Below, one piece after another: positions 36,427-49,834 of a stretch of 64,000 bases of DNA (within the stretch, counting starts at the first letter, position 1; each line of letters opens with the position of its first letter). The stretch is from Octopus sinensis (lineage: Eukaryota), in contig NW_021832425.1 in NCBI RefSeq assembly GCF_006345805.1, positions 1-64,000 of the forward strand, read 5' to 3'. The position numbers and the translations under genes are program-made. The notes under the pieces are model-generated. The model worked only from the letters and a program-made list of their open reading frames with translations. It searched no databases and had not been told where the DNA came from.

Positions 36427-36720
36427 AACGAAAACGTGACTGTGCATGTCTCATCTAACCAAGCGAATATCCACATTGATGGGGTAAATATTCATTCGTT
36501 TGTTGTCCCAGCTTCCGAACCTGCAGGTTCAAGCAAAATAATACTTTAAATGTTTTTGAGAGACTTTTTGTCGGAAATAATACTCGTAAAATTTCTTATT
36601 GGGAATAATTTGATTCAAAGAAATGTGATTAATAAGGTTTTGTGGTTTCGTGAAATTTAAATAGATTATAATTGAGTGATTATTTTTAATTAGCAATTCT
36701 TAACAAAAATCATCGGTAAA

Positions 36721-38399
36721 ATGTCGGAACAGTTGGAATTACAAGTAAATATTCATTTTGATTGTTAGAGTATTCCATGCGAATCAAAACTTATGAAATT
36801 AACATTGTTTGTAGTTGTTATGGGATGTACCTTCCAGTTCGGCCATGGGATCTCCGTTATTGACGGAATTGAACCAGTAAATCAGTAAAAAATAAACTTC
36901 TAGTTCATCAGCGATCTCATTTCCTCTGTTCTCACTCACCGTTACTACATATCAAATACAAAACTATCATGGACTACAAATATTGTGTATACTGGAATGG
37001 CCAGCGTGTTTGTCATTGGCACAATGTTGGGGGCACTCAGAGCTATGCGACTTACAGAGAAATTTGGTCGCCGGAAAGGACTCATAATAAGCAATATTTT
37101 GATGACATTTGGATCAATTTTACAGGGCATTTCAAAATACATTAATTCTTTTGAAATTATCTACTTTGGACGATTTATTTGCGGCGTTGGAAGCGGTTCT
37201 ATTATTTTATGATTGCTTAGGACTAATAATGCCTCTCTCAATAATGTATATCATGGAAATCTCCACGAGAAAAAACAGAGGTAAAGCTGCAGTACTCAAT
37301 CAATTATTCGTCTCGGTTGGGATCACATTTGCCGAACTTATCGCATTCAGACAAATTTTTGGTTGAAAAACTAAAATATTTAAGGATCTCAAAATCTTTG
37401 GCCTTTGTCGTTTGTTATCACGATTGTCCCATCTGTTATGGCGATTACCATTCTTACATTTTGCCCAGAGAGTCCACGTTGGCTACTAATGAAAGGACGA
37501 GACACAAAAGCATATGAAGGTTTTCAAATTTATTAAAAATTTTACTTAGCGCTTAGAAAACTTCGCAAAAACGGAAATTTAAGGCTTGAGTTTGATGAGT
37601 TAGTGAACGAACAAAACTCAACAACTTGTAAGCCTGTCAGCATTTGGACTGTTCTCAGGAAAAAAGAATTCCGTTATCCAATTAAAATAATTTTCGTCGT
37701 ATTTTTTGTCCAGCAGTTTTCAGGAATAAACATGGTATTTTACAATAGATGTTAAAATTAGACAGATTTTGGCATTCTCGAACAATATATACAGAAATGT
37801 GGGTCTTAGTGACGAAAACGTACAATATGCAATCATCGGATCTGGAGCATCTCTTCTTCTATCTTCTTGCATTGCTGTGAGAGCCAAATAAAATGCTAAT
37901 ATTGTTTAGGCTCCTTTTATTGACACTATTGGTAGAAAAAAATTGCTGATTTACCCATTAGCCATAATGATTTTGATGCTAATAATGGAAACGATTGCAC
38001 TCGTTTATAAAATCTACATTCTAGCGATTGTATGCTTATATATCTACATGATGTCATTTGATATCAGTCTTGGTGTCATTCCCCAATCACTCATGGTCGA
38101 ATATTTCCAACAGGACGCTCGTTCGGCGGCTTCCTCTATTGGTGTTTTTATATCATCATCTTCCAATTTTGCTGCGTTGTGGTTGTTTAAGCCAGTTATT
38201 GAAAATGTATTTTATTTTATGGATTAAAAACTTATAGGAACAAATTAAAAATTATGTTTTTGTAATTTTTATAGTTTTATGTTCTATAAGTTTGGTATTT
38301 CTCCAAATTTATGTTGTTGAAACTGTAAATCGTAAATTCGAGGATATAAATCGAGATTTAAAAAAACATTTAAACAATCATAATACTAGTCAACTGTAA
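36721..38399 (+). CDS. GLUT-family (SLC2A-like) facilitated sugar transporter, about 8 micro-introns
   Basis: FQFG..ISVI, KFGRRKG, YIMEIS..KNRG, CPESPRWL, QQFSGIN, DTIGRKKL, EYFQQDARS and VETVNRKF motifs, joined by GT-AG introns of 23-33 nt. Confidence 0.93.
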
Positions 38400-38807
38400 C
38401 TTTAATATGTTTTATTCAATAATGTTCTTAGTTTCTAAAATGTACTTATCTATAAAAATTATTGTTTGTACAAACCATAAATCAAAATAAACTAAGTGTA
38501 AAGAAACTTTATGAAATCAATTGAAAGTTATTATTTATAAAATTAAAGATTCCAAGTTCTTTTCCAACGCCCGATATTTTTGAAATCTCATTTGGGAATC
38601 TCTATTAAATAAAGTTTTTATTCCGACTTTGGGTTTTTCTGGGCCTTTACGGAAAATGCTAAAAGACAGAATTGGGTCTTTGATTTTGAAATTCATTGCT
38701 ATTTGCTTTATGGAAAATAGTCACTTTACCAACTGTAAAATATTTAATTTTTAAATATTTTAATCAAAAAGGTTATAATAAATAATTTTAATTAAGATCA
38801 TTTTGTG

Positions 38808-39806
38808 ATGCCTAGTCGTAACGGGAGGAGTGATAGACCACGGTAAAAAATCATTAAAATAAACCAGAATTTGCACATTCAGTACTTTAAACCAGGAAAA
38901 CTCATCAGACGAGGAAACAAATCGTCCACAGGAGTTTTTTGCAGGCGGACATCGTGGTGGAAGTGGGATAAATGTAGTTGGACGAGATTCTGGACGTACT
39001 AATAACCTGGTCCAAACGTTTATGCAACAAGCCAGTCGATTTTCTGCAAGAGAAAATACAGATTCCTACCCTGGCCGTGGATATACTCTACAAGAAGGGG
39101 AATCAACCCCACCAGACACCCCACAAGTTATTTTTAACCATTCAGACACATTTAGAGCTACGTATTGACACTGTGGGACAATGGTTTTACATTGAACAAC
39201 AACAGTGACACCTTGAGAGAATATTCAAATCCTGATAATATTTTATTTATGAATTCAATCATGAATGGGTTAAATTTTAATTAATTTTAAATTAATTAAA
39301 TTTAAATTAATTATTATAGTGAGGTCCCCGAAGAGCTAATTGATTCACAGTCACCTGGTCCAGTGAAGGTTGAAGTTCGAGACCGTCATGGGACTAAATT
39401 TGAGCCCCCCAAATCAGAGCAAGTTATTTTTGGTGAAGGACACTCTCTTGCTGATGACCGAACTGAGCAGAATCTTCCGAACCTTCAAACAGTGCAAGAT
39501 CCTGTCATTTATGACCCTGAGTTGCCCTCAATACAAGTGGCGTTGAGATTGGCCAATGGGACCAGGTTTGGCAATTTTTATTATTTTAGAGTTTTGGCCC
39601 GTTTTAACGCAGTGCAGACCGTTTCTGATGTGCGTAGATATATTAGAGAGTTGTGGTAGTGTTAAGAGGATAGGGAATATCCGGAGTTTTTGGATGTGCC
39701 TTTTTATGTGAGTACTGCTAGGGGGAATAACCCTTTGGATGACTCACTGGTGTTGGGGGAATCTAAATTGGGGGGATGTTTGCTAATTATGCATAAAATT
39801 AATTAA
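38808..39806 (+). CDS. NSFL1C: p47/NSFL1C-like p97 cofactor (SEP + UBX domains)
   Basis: Spliced product contains EFFAGG, LTLWDNGFTL..LREYSNPDNILFMNSIMNGEVPEEL (SEP), FGEGHSL, and LRLANGTR.LARFN..QTVSDVRRYI (UBX). Confidence 0.88.
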
Positions 39807-40655
39807 TTTTCTTTCGTTTTACTTTATTTCGTGTTTATTTTTATCTTTAGATTGTTGAGATGTGAGTTTTGATAATGTTCTATTGATTCAAAAAGGGCAG
39901 AGTAGTCAGAACTATAACTATAATTGCTAGAATTCAGAAATTGGCCACATATGTGTTAAATAATGATGACATGGTTTATTAAATAATACAGCAAGCCACA
40001 TTTCAGTCAGGAACCAAAATGGCGGATTCGAGAAATGGGCGAATTCAAGAATTTCCCTGAGAAATTTGTATTTTTATTTAAAAATGGGGGATTCGAGAGA
40101 GTTTACGGTATTATTGTTTCACTGTCTTTGGTAAGACCTAATTTAAATCTGAAATGGTATATATATTCGAACTCGCTAATAGTTTTCTAACATTAGTAAA
40201 TGGACCTGATTGAACGAGAACATGTTTGAGACATAACTACAGAGGCACTTTTTGAGACTATTGGCATATAAAAAAGCTATTTAGTTTCTGCCAATCTCAT
40301 ACATAGCTAAACTAAATACGTTTTTTAAGAAAATTCCTTACAATTTTAAATTTATGTCAGATTTCTAGAAATTTCGGGCAATAAAAACAATTCTCAAAGG
40401 AATATCAACAGATTGGTACTTCAGTTTAGTTTTATTGACTATCAGTATTTTCATCCAGACTGTGCTGAACAAATTGACCATCTCAGATTTTTGTGGGACT
40501 TTTTTTTTCTTATAGCTAAAGATCAAGTTGAGAATTCAATTTTTTTATTTTTTTATATTAACTATTTATTTTTGTGATTATACTCTATTTATTAACTTTA
40601 TAATACATTTATTTATTTGAATATTAAATAAATTTAATTTATAATTCCACCATAC

Positions 40656-42193
40656 ATGTTAGAGTCGTTTCCTGTTGATCAGGTACTATTTAAACTAAAA
40701 AATTGATAGCTACTATATATGGGACTGTTATTTCTAAGTATCCCCCTAGGAATTCTCTACCGTTTGATTGTACTTAATAAAACAAAAAACAGGCAAATTC
40801 GTCAAATTACATCAATTATTATCGGTTTAGCATTCCTAATCATCTGCTTTGGCAGGTTTATTAAAAATAAAAAAATACTAGTAATTTCATTCACATAATT
40901 ATGCAATCATTGATTACATATATATCCATTTTTTACATTTTTTCAAAATCAAATCAGCTGTTTCCGTCATGTGTTATATCATTTGGATATTTGATGGTAA
41001 TACACATTTTAAGGGCTCGAGAAGATTATGGAAATTATAAATTAGACATTTCTGGGTTTTATTTTTTAACATTCTAAAGTCCTTTAATGATTTCTACCCA
41101 GAAACTCACATCTCTGGCCCTCGCATACTACGACGGATTTTATTTTGAGAAAGTTGACCATCAGAAACAAAAATTTTCAATCGAGTTGATTTTAAAGTTA
41201 ATTTTAGTAAAATCCCTTCTATTACCGAGTTTTTTGCGTATATTTTGAACTTTCATGGAATTTTGCTCGGGCCGTTTTGTCATTTTGTCGAATTCAGAGA
41301 ATTCATTGAACTCGAAGGAGTTTTTTTAAATTGTAAATAAATTTAAAAGAAACAACCAAGTAGCACAAAAAACGTTTTCCGAAAAGTTTTTTTTGCTTGT
41401 CTGTTTGTATTACCACTTATTTATTTTCAGCCAACAAATTCTGACTGGATTCTAAGTTTTTTGTGGTTATTTTTTGTAGATAAGAGTAAAAACATTAAAA
41501 GTCTTTCTGGATTTTTATATTTTCACATTTTCGCTTATTTTATGGGTTTAGTTTATCGATGTCGTTATTACTTTGTATGGATTTTATGTGGGTTTTTTGT
41601 ATGATTTTTTTAGCTGACGCGGTTCACAATTCAGTAGGGTTTGGATTTGATCGCAAGACAGGAAAATGGGAAGAGCAAACCAACGTAGATGTTTGGGGAT
41701 TTGAGGTATCTCATGTTCTTTAATCACAGTTTGCCTCTTCTTTGAGGATGGCAATCTCCTGTTGGAATAAGCGGACGGTGGAGTGGCTCCGTTATTCGGC
41801 TCACAGCCGAAATATTCCGTTTTTACGGAATTTTGTTGTTTTTTTAATTAGCGCGGTTTGGCATGGCGTGTATCCTGGATATTTTATATCATTCGGGACT
41901 ATCTATATGCTTGTTAATACTTCCAAACAAGTATTTTTAGAAATAAGTTTTTTAAGATTTATAAGAGTACTTTTGGATGGAATTCTAAAATTTCTAATTT
42001 TATTATGACTATATTTTCTATGATTTCGATTACTTATATGTACATTTCGTTTATTGCCGTTTCATTTATGGGTTGTTTGGATGTTTATTGGTATTTTGTG
42101 GTTTTTTATTAAAGGTCGGTTGGGTTTTGGCTGCATATTGTTTCATTCTTGATGCTGGTTTATGGAGGAATTTTCGGTTCGTCGAATAAATGA
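40656..42193 (+). CDS. MBOAT1/2-like lysophospholipid acyltransferase, micro-introns
   Basis: DYGNYKLDISGPLMISTQKLTSLA, GILLGP, WNKRTVEWLR and SAVWHGVYPGY (catalytic His). Start codon tentative. Confidence 0.9.
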
Positions 42194-42914
42194 CATTTCC
42201 TTATTAATATGAATCCATAACTTTCCTTTAATAGAACTTGACTCGAATAATTTCAACTGGTTCCCCATATGGGGATTCGAATCTGTTTAGCTTAAATTAA
42301 AAATTTGTCAATAATCTTTTAAAACTTGAACAATCAAACTTATGTCATTCCAAATTGAAAATCGTATTTTTATTGATGAATATTCATTTTTTCATTTATC
42401 CGTTTATAATAAGACGAATTTAAATTCGGTGAATAAAAACTCAATACAAAATTATTATGATTTAAGTTTTCTAGGATACTTTATACAACATTTACTAAAA
42501 CTTCAAAATATTTTCTACACCGAAATCCTCAGATGATAATAAATGAAAATCATCCGAACTCTCACTTTCTTTAAAATTAAAAAAAACTTAAAAAAGTTAT
42601 ATTTATGAAGAACGGTGTTTATGCGAGAAACTCATTTCAGTTTACTTTCATTATCCATGAAAATAACAAGTTTGTGCTTTTCAAATCTTTCGTCTTTGAG
42701 TCATAAGCCTACATCAAAACAATTAATTTGGGGGATTTTTTCGTTAATTTATGTCGCAGTCCAGAGCTGCGGTACGCCAAGGCTGTGGGATTTTGAAAAT
42801 ATTAATAAATTTTAATAAAAATCACATTTCTGAACTTCTTTAGTTGATCTTTTCAGTAATTATCTAAAAATTTAACTTTTTCTTTATTTATTAATTGTTT
42901 ATACTTGATTTTGC

Positions 42915-43015
42915 ATGTTCCACGTGTCTTGCCGCCGAACCGAGCTCAGCAACTGCTGAAATCAGATTATGACCTGAGAATGTGTCGGTGCATGTCGCGT
43001 CCCAGAAATCGTAAT
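42915..43015 (-). pseudogene. Tiny CRE-like RLE fragment
   Basis: WDATCTDTFS. Confidence 0.6.
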
Positions 43016-43315
43016 TTACGAAAATCAACATAGCATAAAATCAGTGATTGAACGTAGCGTTTTATGATTTTATTTAAAAATTCACGAAAAATGGTTAATC
43101 ATCAGATGGATTACTAAGATTGAAGTCTTGTAAAATAATCGGAGATCCAATTATGCAAAAAATTAATTTAGGATTTGGCAAATCTCATTTGTAGATTTGC
43201 CAATGCCACATTTTCCCACACCGAATTTAGAACAAGTATCTTTAATTATATTCAAAAATAATAACCAAAAAATAATTTTCATTTTCTCAGTCCATCAAAA
43301 ATGGTAATAGATGTA

Positions 43316-43970
43316 CAGTGCACGACAAAAGTAACGGGACAAGCCAAAATTTCCATTATTTAAGTCATTTTAAAACTTTTTTCACATAAATCACCCTTTG
43401 TACATTAATTACACGAAAAACAATTTTTTACATTTTTAATTTAATCTTTTTTTCAATTGTACATTAAATTTAAAGCATAAATAATTACGAGGTGCGACAA
43501 AAGAAACGGACAGTTAAAAATAATCAAAAATTAGTATCTAGAATGCCTCCTTGGCATATACACTGCGTAACTTCTAGCCTTCATTGATAAAATATATATT
43601 TTTCTTGTATTTTTTCAAAAATCGTGATCGTCGATTTTTTGGTACAAGTAAGAGTGCTAATGCGTCTGATAGACATTCCTTGATTTTTAAAGGCAATTAT
43701 TTGTCCTTTAACAAATTGACATGTGTTTACCCCTAAAAAAAGGTTAAAAAAATGTAATTTTGGCGAAAAAACTGAAAAGTGTCCGGTACTTTTGTCACCT
43801 ACATTTTAAGTGTGCTTTAAATTTAATGGATTATTCAAAAAAAAAGAAATTGAAAAAGTAAATATATATTTAATGAATATTTAATTAATAAGAAGCTATT
43901 TTAAAAAAAGCATTAAAATTGGCTAAAATAATGGAATTTCGGCTTGTCCGGTTACTTTTGTCGTGCACTG
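43316..43970 (-). mobile_element. Tc1-derived non-autonomous element (655 bp)
   Basis: TA TSD; TIR cagtgcacgacaaaagtaac..ggacaagcc of about 50 bp; inner direct repeats. Confidence 0.9.
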
Positions 43971-44741
43971 TATAGTCGAATTAATTCGTTAGACTAAACA
44001 TGTTAAAATTAATAATGGGTTAGTTTATTCACAATAGATTGCGATTCCTGTTTTCATTCCTCCTCAATTTTTTTCAAACGAGAGAATTTTAATAAATTAA
44101 ATTAATAATTAACCAGACAATAAACAAATTTAGAAACCACACTATTATTTCACTACGTCTTTCAGCATAAATCGTAAGTAATAATAAATTATATAATTTT
44201 TCATATCCGAAGTGATTTAAATTGTGTTAAGTCTAATTTGAATCAGCAAATATCAAACTTGAATGTATTTTAGCTTTAATTTAGCTTCCTCATAACAAGA
44301 AAATCGCAACTCTCGACTGTTTTTAATAATGTAGGCTGGGGATTCCATGAAACGAACACTTTCGGCATATCGTTGATTTTTGCCCTTAATGAATATATGA
44401 AGTCATGTGAAAATCTTATTTTTTTCAATTGTTTTAATTCCAATAGAACCATATTTTATAAATAACATTTAAAAAAATCTATATAATAAGTTTTAGTATT
44501 AATAATTTCTTCAAATGAAAAGTTTCCTGAAAAAATTTTTAAAGCATTGACCTCGTAGGTCTGTACTGGTACAATTTATATTTTATCAGGCTTACTTTCC
44601 AGGATAAACGAAAGACAATTGACTGTATATAAAAGACTTATCAGCACCCAATATTATTTTAAGTCTAAGAAAATATCAAACGTAAATTATTTTTGTTCCT
44701 AAATTACATAATCAAGCTTAATAAAAATTATTTTCATAACA

Positions 44742-46011
44742 CTATTCTACACTACGACCACGTGACCGATAGATATCAAGATTGACAACCTGAATGTGGC
44801 TTTCAAAAAATACAACCTGGTCAGTCAAATCCCCAGCGAGCCCATTTAATGACAGCCCCGAAACCCTCTTGAATAATAACTCCTCCGCCAATTCAACATT
44901 ATTTTTAACTAGTTCAAGTTTTCTCGAGGCAAAAAACTAAACTAAAAAACTACAAAAAATACGGCCACAACATTTCGGACATCGCCTAACAAAAATTCGA
45001 GTGCGTTGGGATGCGAAGTCAGGACCGCTTGCGCAACATCAACAACCCAGATGTCTCCTTTATAATACAACAAATTGTAAGCATTCAAATCGGCATGTAC
45101 AAGCTGACACTTCTTGTACAAATTCTCCATCAACTGGCCCGTTTTTTCGTAGGCCAATGACAATTTCCGAGGAGTTAAAGTAACAAATTTCAATGTAGGA
45201 GCTGCCATGTAATTATTTCCCACCAAAGACATTAAAAGCACATGTTTTTTCACACAAATAGGCCTCGGACACAAAATACCGCTGGCATGTATTCTTAAAT
45301 CATAAACGGAAGACTAAACCTTTTCAAATTCATAAATTCCTTGTATGCCCAAAGAGTTACAAACTTGGTTTTTTTCCGTGATGTGACTCTACTACTGCGT
45401 AATAGTGCTGTTACGTAACCAATGAATTCGATGATCAAAGTGAAGGAAAATGTCTCTCCCTTTGTAGTCAGAGTGAGCCGTCATCAAATAAATCTTGGCC
45501 GCAAGCTCAGAACCTGTGGGAGAACTTGCATAAAAAACGGAAGCCTCCTTTCCGGTTGAAAAGCAGTTCAAAATTGAGTCCAAAGTCCCATTTGATTTGA
45601 ATTTTGACAAAATAAAATTTGTTTGTTGATTTATAACTCGATTCTATAAATAAAAGAATTTTATTTTACCGATTTATCGTCAGAAAAGTCCTTTGAAGGA
45701 CGCTTAAAATTCGGTCCTCGAAGAAAATTTCCGCCCGAGGAGTTTGCTCTGGTCTGAAATTTTAATTAATTTTTTTTTATAACTGAAGATTTCTGTTTAT
45801 ATTTCTGTCTCTCATCTTCGTCATCATATTGATCGTAGTCGTCATAATCTTTGGGTTTTATTAATATTTGATTGAAACAATATGATTTAGAAGATAAACT
45901 TCTTCTTGAACGGATTAAAATGTCTTCTTCGTCGAACTGTTTTTGGAGGATTGTTGCTAATTGTAGATCGGAGCTTGTATCTTGGTCTGTATTTTGATTA
46001 TTTGATTCCAT
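44742..46011 (-). CDS. RIOK3: RIO kinase 3, micro-introns
   Basis: N-terminal SDLQLATILQKQFDEE (RIO3-type), STGKEASVFYA, HADLNAYNLL, VDVAQAV, HPNALEFL and ELLFKRVSGL. Exact ends tentative. Confidence 0.85.
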
Positions 46012-46194
46012 AAAATTAGATGTCAACGTAGATAACGTTAACAATATTGAAATTTAAAATGTTATTCAATTAACTTGTAGATATACTTTTTTAATTTAGT
46101 TATTGATATTAATATTTAAAAGATAATTTCTTATGTGTATGATTGAAATGATAAAAATATAAAATAAAGACTCGGAATATTAATTCCCCAGGTT

Positions 46195-46445
46195 GGCCTG
46201 CTGTGCAGAGAAAAGGCAAAAATATCTAAGTATTTAAAGATCAGACAATTTTTCCGTTTTGTCCCAATTTCGATAGAGACGTTGGCCTAGTGTGGTCCAA
46301 AACTAAGGAATTTCTCAAGGAAATTGAGGCGATGCTAGATAAACGAAGAAGGGACAGTCGCGAGGGGTATCGGCTTCGTCGACGTATTGGAAATGAAGTT
46401 TCTCGTGGCGACACACATGCGATACTGGCTGCCATGCGTGACAAT
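46195..46445 (+). pseudogene. CRE-like 3' fragment, same family as 27755-30760
   Basis: Nucleotide similarity to about 30445-30700. Confidence 0.85.
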
Positions 46446-47104
46446 TTATATTTTTTATTTCAAATAATTGTTTTGGTTTTAAAACGCCGACTCTTCAGTC
46501 GATAAAAATATTTTTTCCTAAGAATGGTTTGCTGTTTTTTCATTTTTGTTTCAAAATTTGATAATGAGGAACAAATTATTTTTCATTTTTTCTGATTTTG
46601 AATATCTGAAATTATTTAGTAAAAAAACGCTGTATTTTATTAATAAAAATTAATATGGAAGTGAGCCACGCGGATTATCATAGCTTTTGAAAAAAACTTT
46701 TATTCCTATTCATTGAGGGAACAGTCAAGCAATCCACTTTTTCTATCAAAAATATATTTAATCAGAAGAAATCGAATAATAGTTGTCAAGTTAATTTTAA
46801 ACTATATTCAGAAGTAATGTTATATTTTTTTGAATTTAATTTATTTGTCAGCTCATACTTTTAATTTGACAAAATTTATTTGTAATCAATGATGTCTAAT
46901 GGCCATTCTAATTAAGTATACAAAAAAATTTAAAAACTAAAAAAAAATTAGTTTTATAATTTGCTAGTTTTAATCTGTATAACTAATTAGAAAAGGCTGT
47001 ATTCTGGGAATGTGCGTAAAACGTAGGTCAATAAACATTTTGAAATAAAAAATGAATATATACTGTTTAAATTTTTTTTCAAAAATTAATCATTCAACCA
47101 ACGA

Positions 47105-49140
47105 TGATAATTAATTATTCTTTTAGCCGAGGGGAGGGCCAGCGGCTTGACTAATCGACAAACTGTTCCCCCTGAAAACGGCGATAGAGAACCGGTGGAA
47201 AAGCCAGTCTACCTCCCGAGGATCGTGAGTGCGCATGAAGATTTTGGCCCCGACTTTGCGGAGGAAGTTTTCCGTCTTCGGACAAAGAGCACCCGTCGTC
47301 TCCACCGCAATCGGCAGCACGAAAAACTTAACTGAAGAGCTGGAGTATTATGTAAGTTTTTTATCTTCGGCTTTCTTAGCTGCGGATTTAGCCTCCAGAG
47401 CACACGAAGTTAGGTGTGAGGCCGAGAATGTGTCCCAGCAGGTTACAAAGGGTCATTCCGTCAGGGCGTTTTCAGTCACCGCGGTCAAGATCTGGTGGTT
47501 CGAGGACTGAAGTAAATCCCGCCGAGTCAAGAGCCCTCCGTATGACGTCATTCATAGTTGACTGCCTCGGAAATCGTCCGGCACTCCTCCTGCACGAGAA
47601 AGGATGCAGACCGAAAAAGTCAACGGAGCAGCCACAACGACACACATGCAGGGCACATTGCCTTAGCCCAAGGCGCATGGAGATTCCAATGTTTACCGAT
47701 TCGTCATCGAGGAGGCTGCCAGATGAGGCGTTCGGGAATGCGCAAAGCTAAGATCCACCAGCTGAGGATGCTGCTGAAAGTAGGCAAGCGCGGCGATGTT
47801 GGTTTGACGATTCGAATAGCGGTTTGAAAGTTTGCTTGCATTCTATTAGATCCCAGGCTCGCTGAGACATTTGATCCTCCGAAAGGTCAAGGCCTTGTTC
47901 CCTCCAGGCTTCGTTGAAGTAAGCCACATTTGTGTCAAAGGAAAATTCAGAAAAGAATCGTAGAATTCAGAGAAGGACAAAAAAAAGCAGAGAAAAATAA
48001 ATTGCAGAAAAATAAATTTCATGAAAGGAATAATGCTGAGTGTGAGTCCAATTGTCCGATACGTTGGAAAAAAGATTTCTTATTGCGTGAGGCTGCATCA
48101 ATGGAATCGCCAGCCACCGGGGCTCCGAGGATAAAAAGTTGGTTAATGGGAGTAGATTGCGCTCCCGGGATGAGATCACGAAAAGAGCAGACAGCGTCTT
48201 TGAAGGTAGATTGCGAACACCCAAAGTTAGAGATTTCGCATTTAGAGAAATTCAAACTGAGTCCAACTTTCTCCAGGGCCGGAACAATTTTTATTATGTT
48301 TTGCAGAACGATGTCCGGAGGGCCTCCGAGAGTGGCGTCATCGAGGTACCAGAGATTAAGTGGGAAGATACAAGTTTGGTCACCTCAGAAATTCTAAGAC
48401 ACAAAAGGAGAAGCACCAAAGGATCTCCCTGTTGAACTCCCGTAGCAGATGGGATAGTGTCGGATCCGAAGATAAGGGAGGATGGTTGCCCGTATGATTG
48501 GAAAGTTAGGTCAAATAATGAAGGACAATACTTAGAGAAAGCCTCCAAAATCGGTCCCTTCAAATACTGTTGAATGCATTTCTGATATCTAGTTTGATCA
48601 ATATGTTTGGAGGTGGGTATTTCTTACATGCATCTGAGAATGTGCGGATAGCATGAACTGCAGATTCGCATCCTCCAGGGACGCCGAGTTGGCCTGGGCT
48701 AAGCCTTGCAGCGATGGAGGGGATATTTTTCTTGCATGCGATCTTGACTGCAAGCTGAAGGAAGACAAAGCCAACCGCAATTTGACGGATCCATCCGGAT
48801 TTTTTTGCAAAGGGCGATGAGATTGGCTGAGAAGAGTATGTGACGAATAGCATCCGGCAGATTTCCTTGATGAGTTGATTTATTAGGAAAGTAATTGATT
48901 TGAGCAGACGTGTACCGGGCTCACTCACGGTGTGAGAAATTAGGTCCTTCAGATTTCCAGGGGCGGAGTCCATCGGCCCCTCCGCTGCTGCACTGGGCGA
49001 AAGAGTGGATCCCGATAGAAACATATTCATCCGAAAAAGATAAGTGCGGTTGTTTGGCCGGGTGGGGACAAACGCGTAGGTCCGAAGGTGGGGGTGGATG
49101 TTTTTCAAGTAAAGCTTCGAAAACTGATCGGGAAAAGTAT
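47105..49140 (-). mobile_element. 5'-truncated CRE-like element (another subfamily)
   Basis: KLDIRNAFNSI, GVQQGDP, HPFSCRRSAGR and PIAVETTG motifs with frameshifts. Confidence 0.9.
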
Positions 49141-49149
49141 GCGACGTTC

Positions 49150-49472
49150 ATAGATTTTAAAAGAACTATTCAAATATTTATCGAAAAAATAAAGTTATAT
49201 AAATATAACTTGGAAAAAAGAAATTATTATAACATTCCAGAATTTAAACCAATCATTTTGTCATATACATTTAATGATGAAGATATTAAAAACTTTTGCA
49301 ACAGTTATTCAGTATAGAAAAAGATTGATTCTCCGATTCCAAGATATTACTGAGATTATATTACTTAGTATTGTCTGTTGTATATAAAATTTTTTAAAAG
49401 GGTCGATTAAATATAAAGGGGGTCAAAAAAATCAAGGGGTCTACGAGTAAAAAAAGGTTGAGAACCCCTTCT
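49150..49472 (+). mobile_element. hAT right-end remnant
   Basis: ggttgagaacccct TIR-like end and a short transposase-like remnant. Confidence 0.5.
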
Positions 49473-49834
49473 TTACACTACCAACTGACTCGACGTCACT
49501 TATGGTATTTTTTGATATTTCCTTGACCTACTATAAATACCGCAGGAATTACTCAGAGATTTTTTCCTATCTGTTAAAAAATACGGATTCCTAAATGTTC
49601 CAAGATATCGAAAACTTTATTTTAATGATTTGAATTCAACTCTGTAGATGAACTTATTTTGACCCAAACCTGGAATAAAGATCATTCACACATACAAATA
49701 TATTTTGTGACATGGGCAACAATGTCGCTATGGGCAACCTGTCCTTTACGTGTATCCACGACAATCGCAGAAAAAGTATTAAATATTGAATTTCTATGGT
49801 TGATTTAAAGAATAAAGACTAATTATTTATCAAT

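Noticed and set aside
44200-44700. Possible additional spliced gene downstream of RIOK3
   Set aside because: Short open frames and candidate splice sites exist, but I could not assemble a coherent or recognisable protein.
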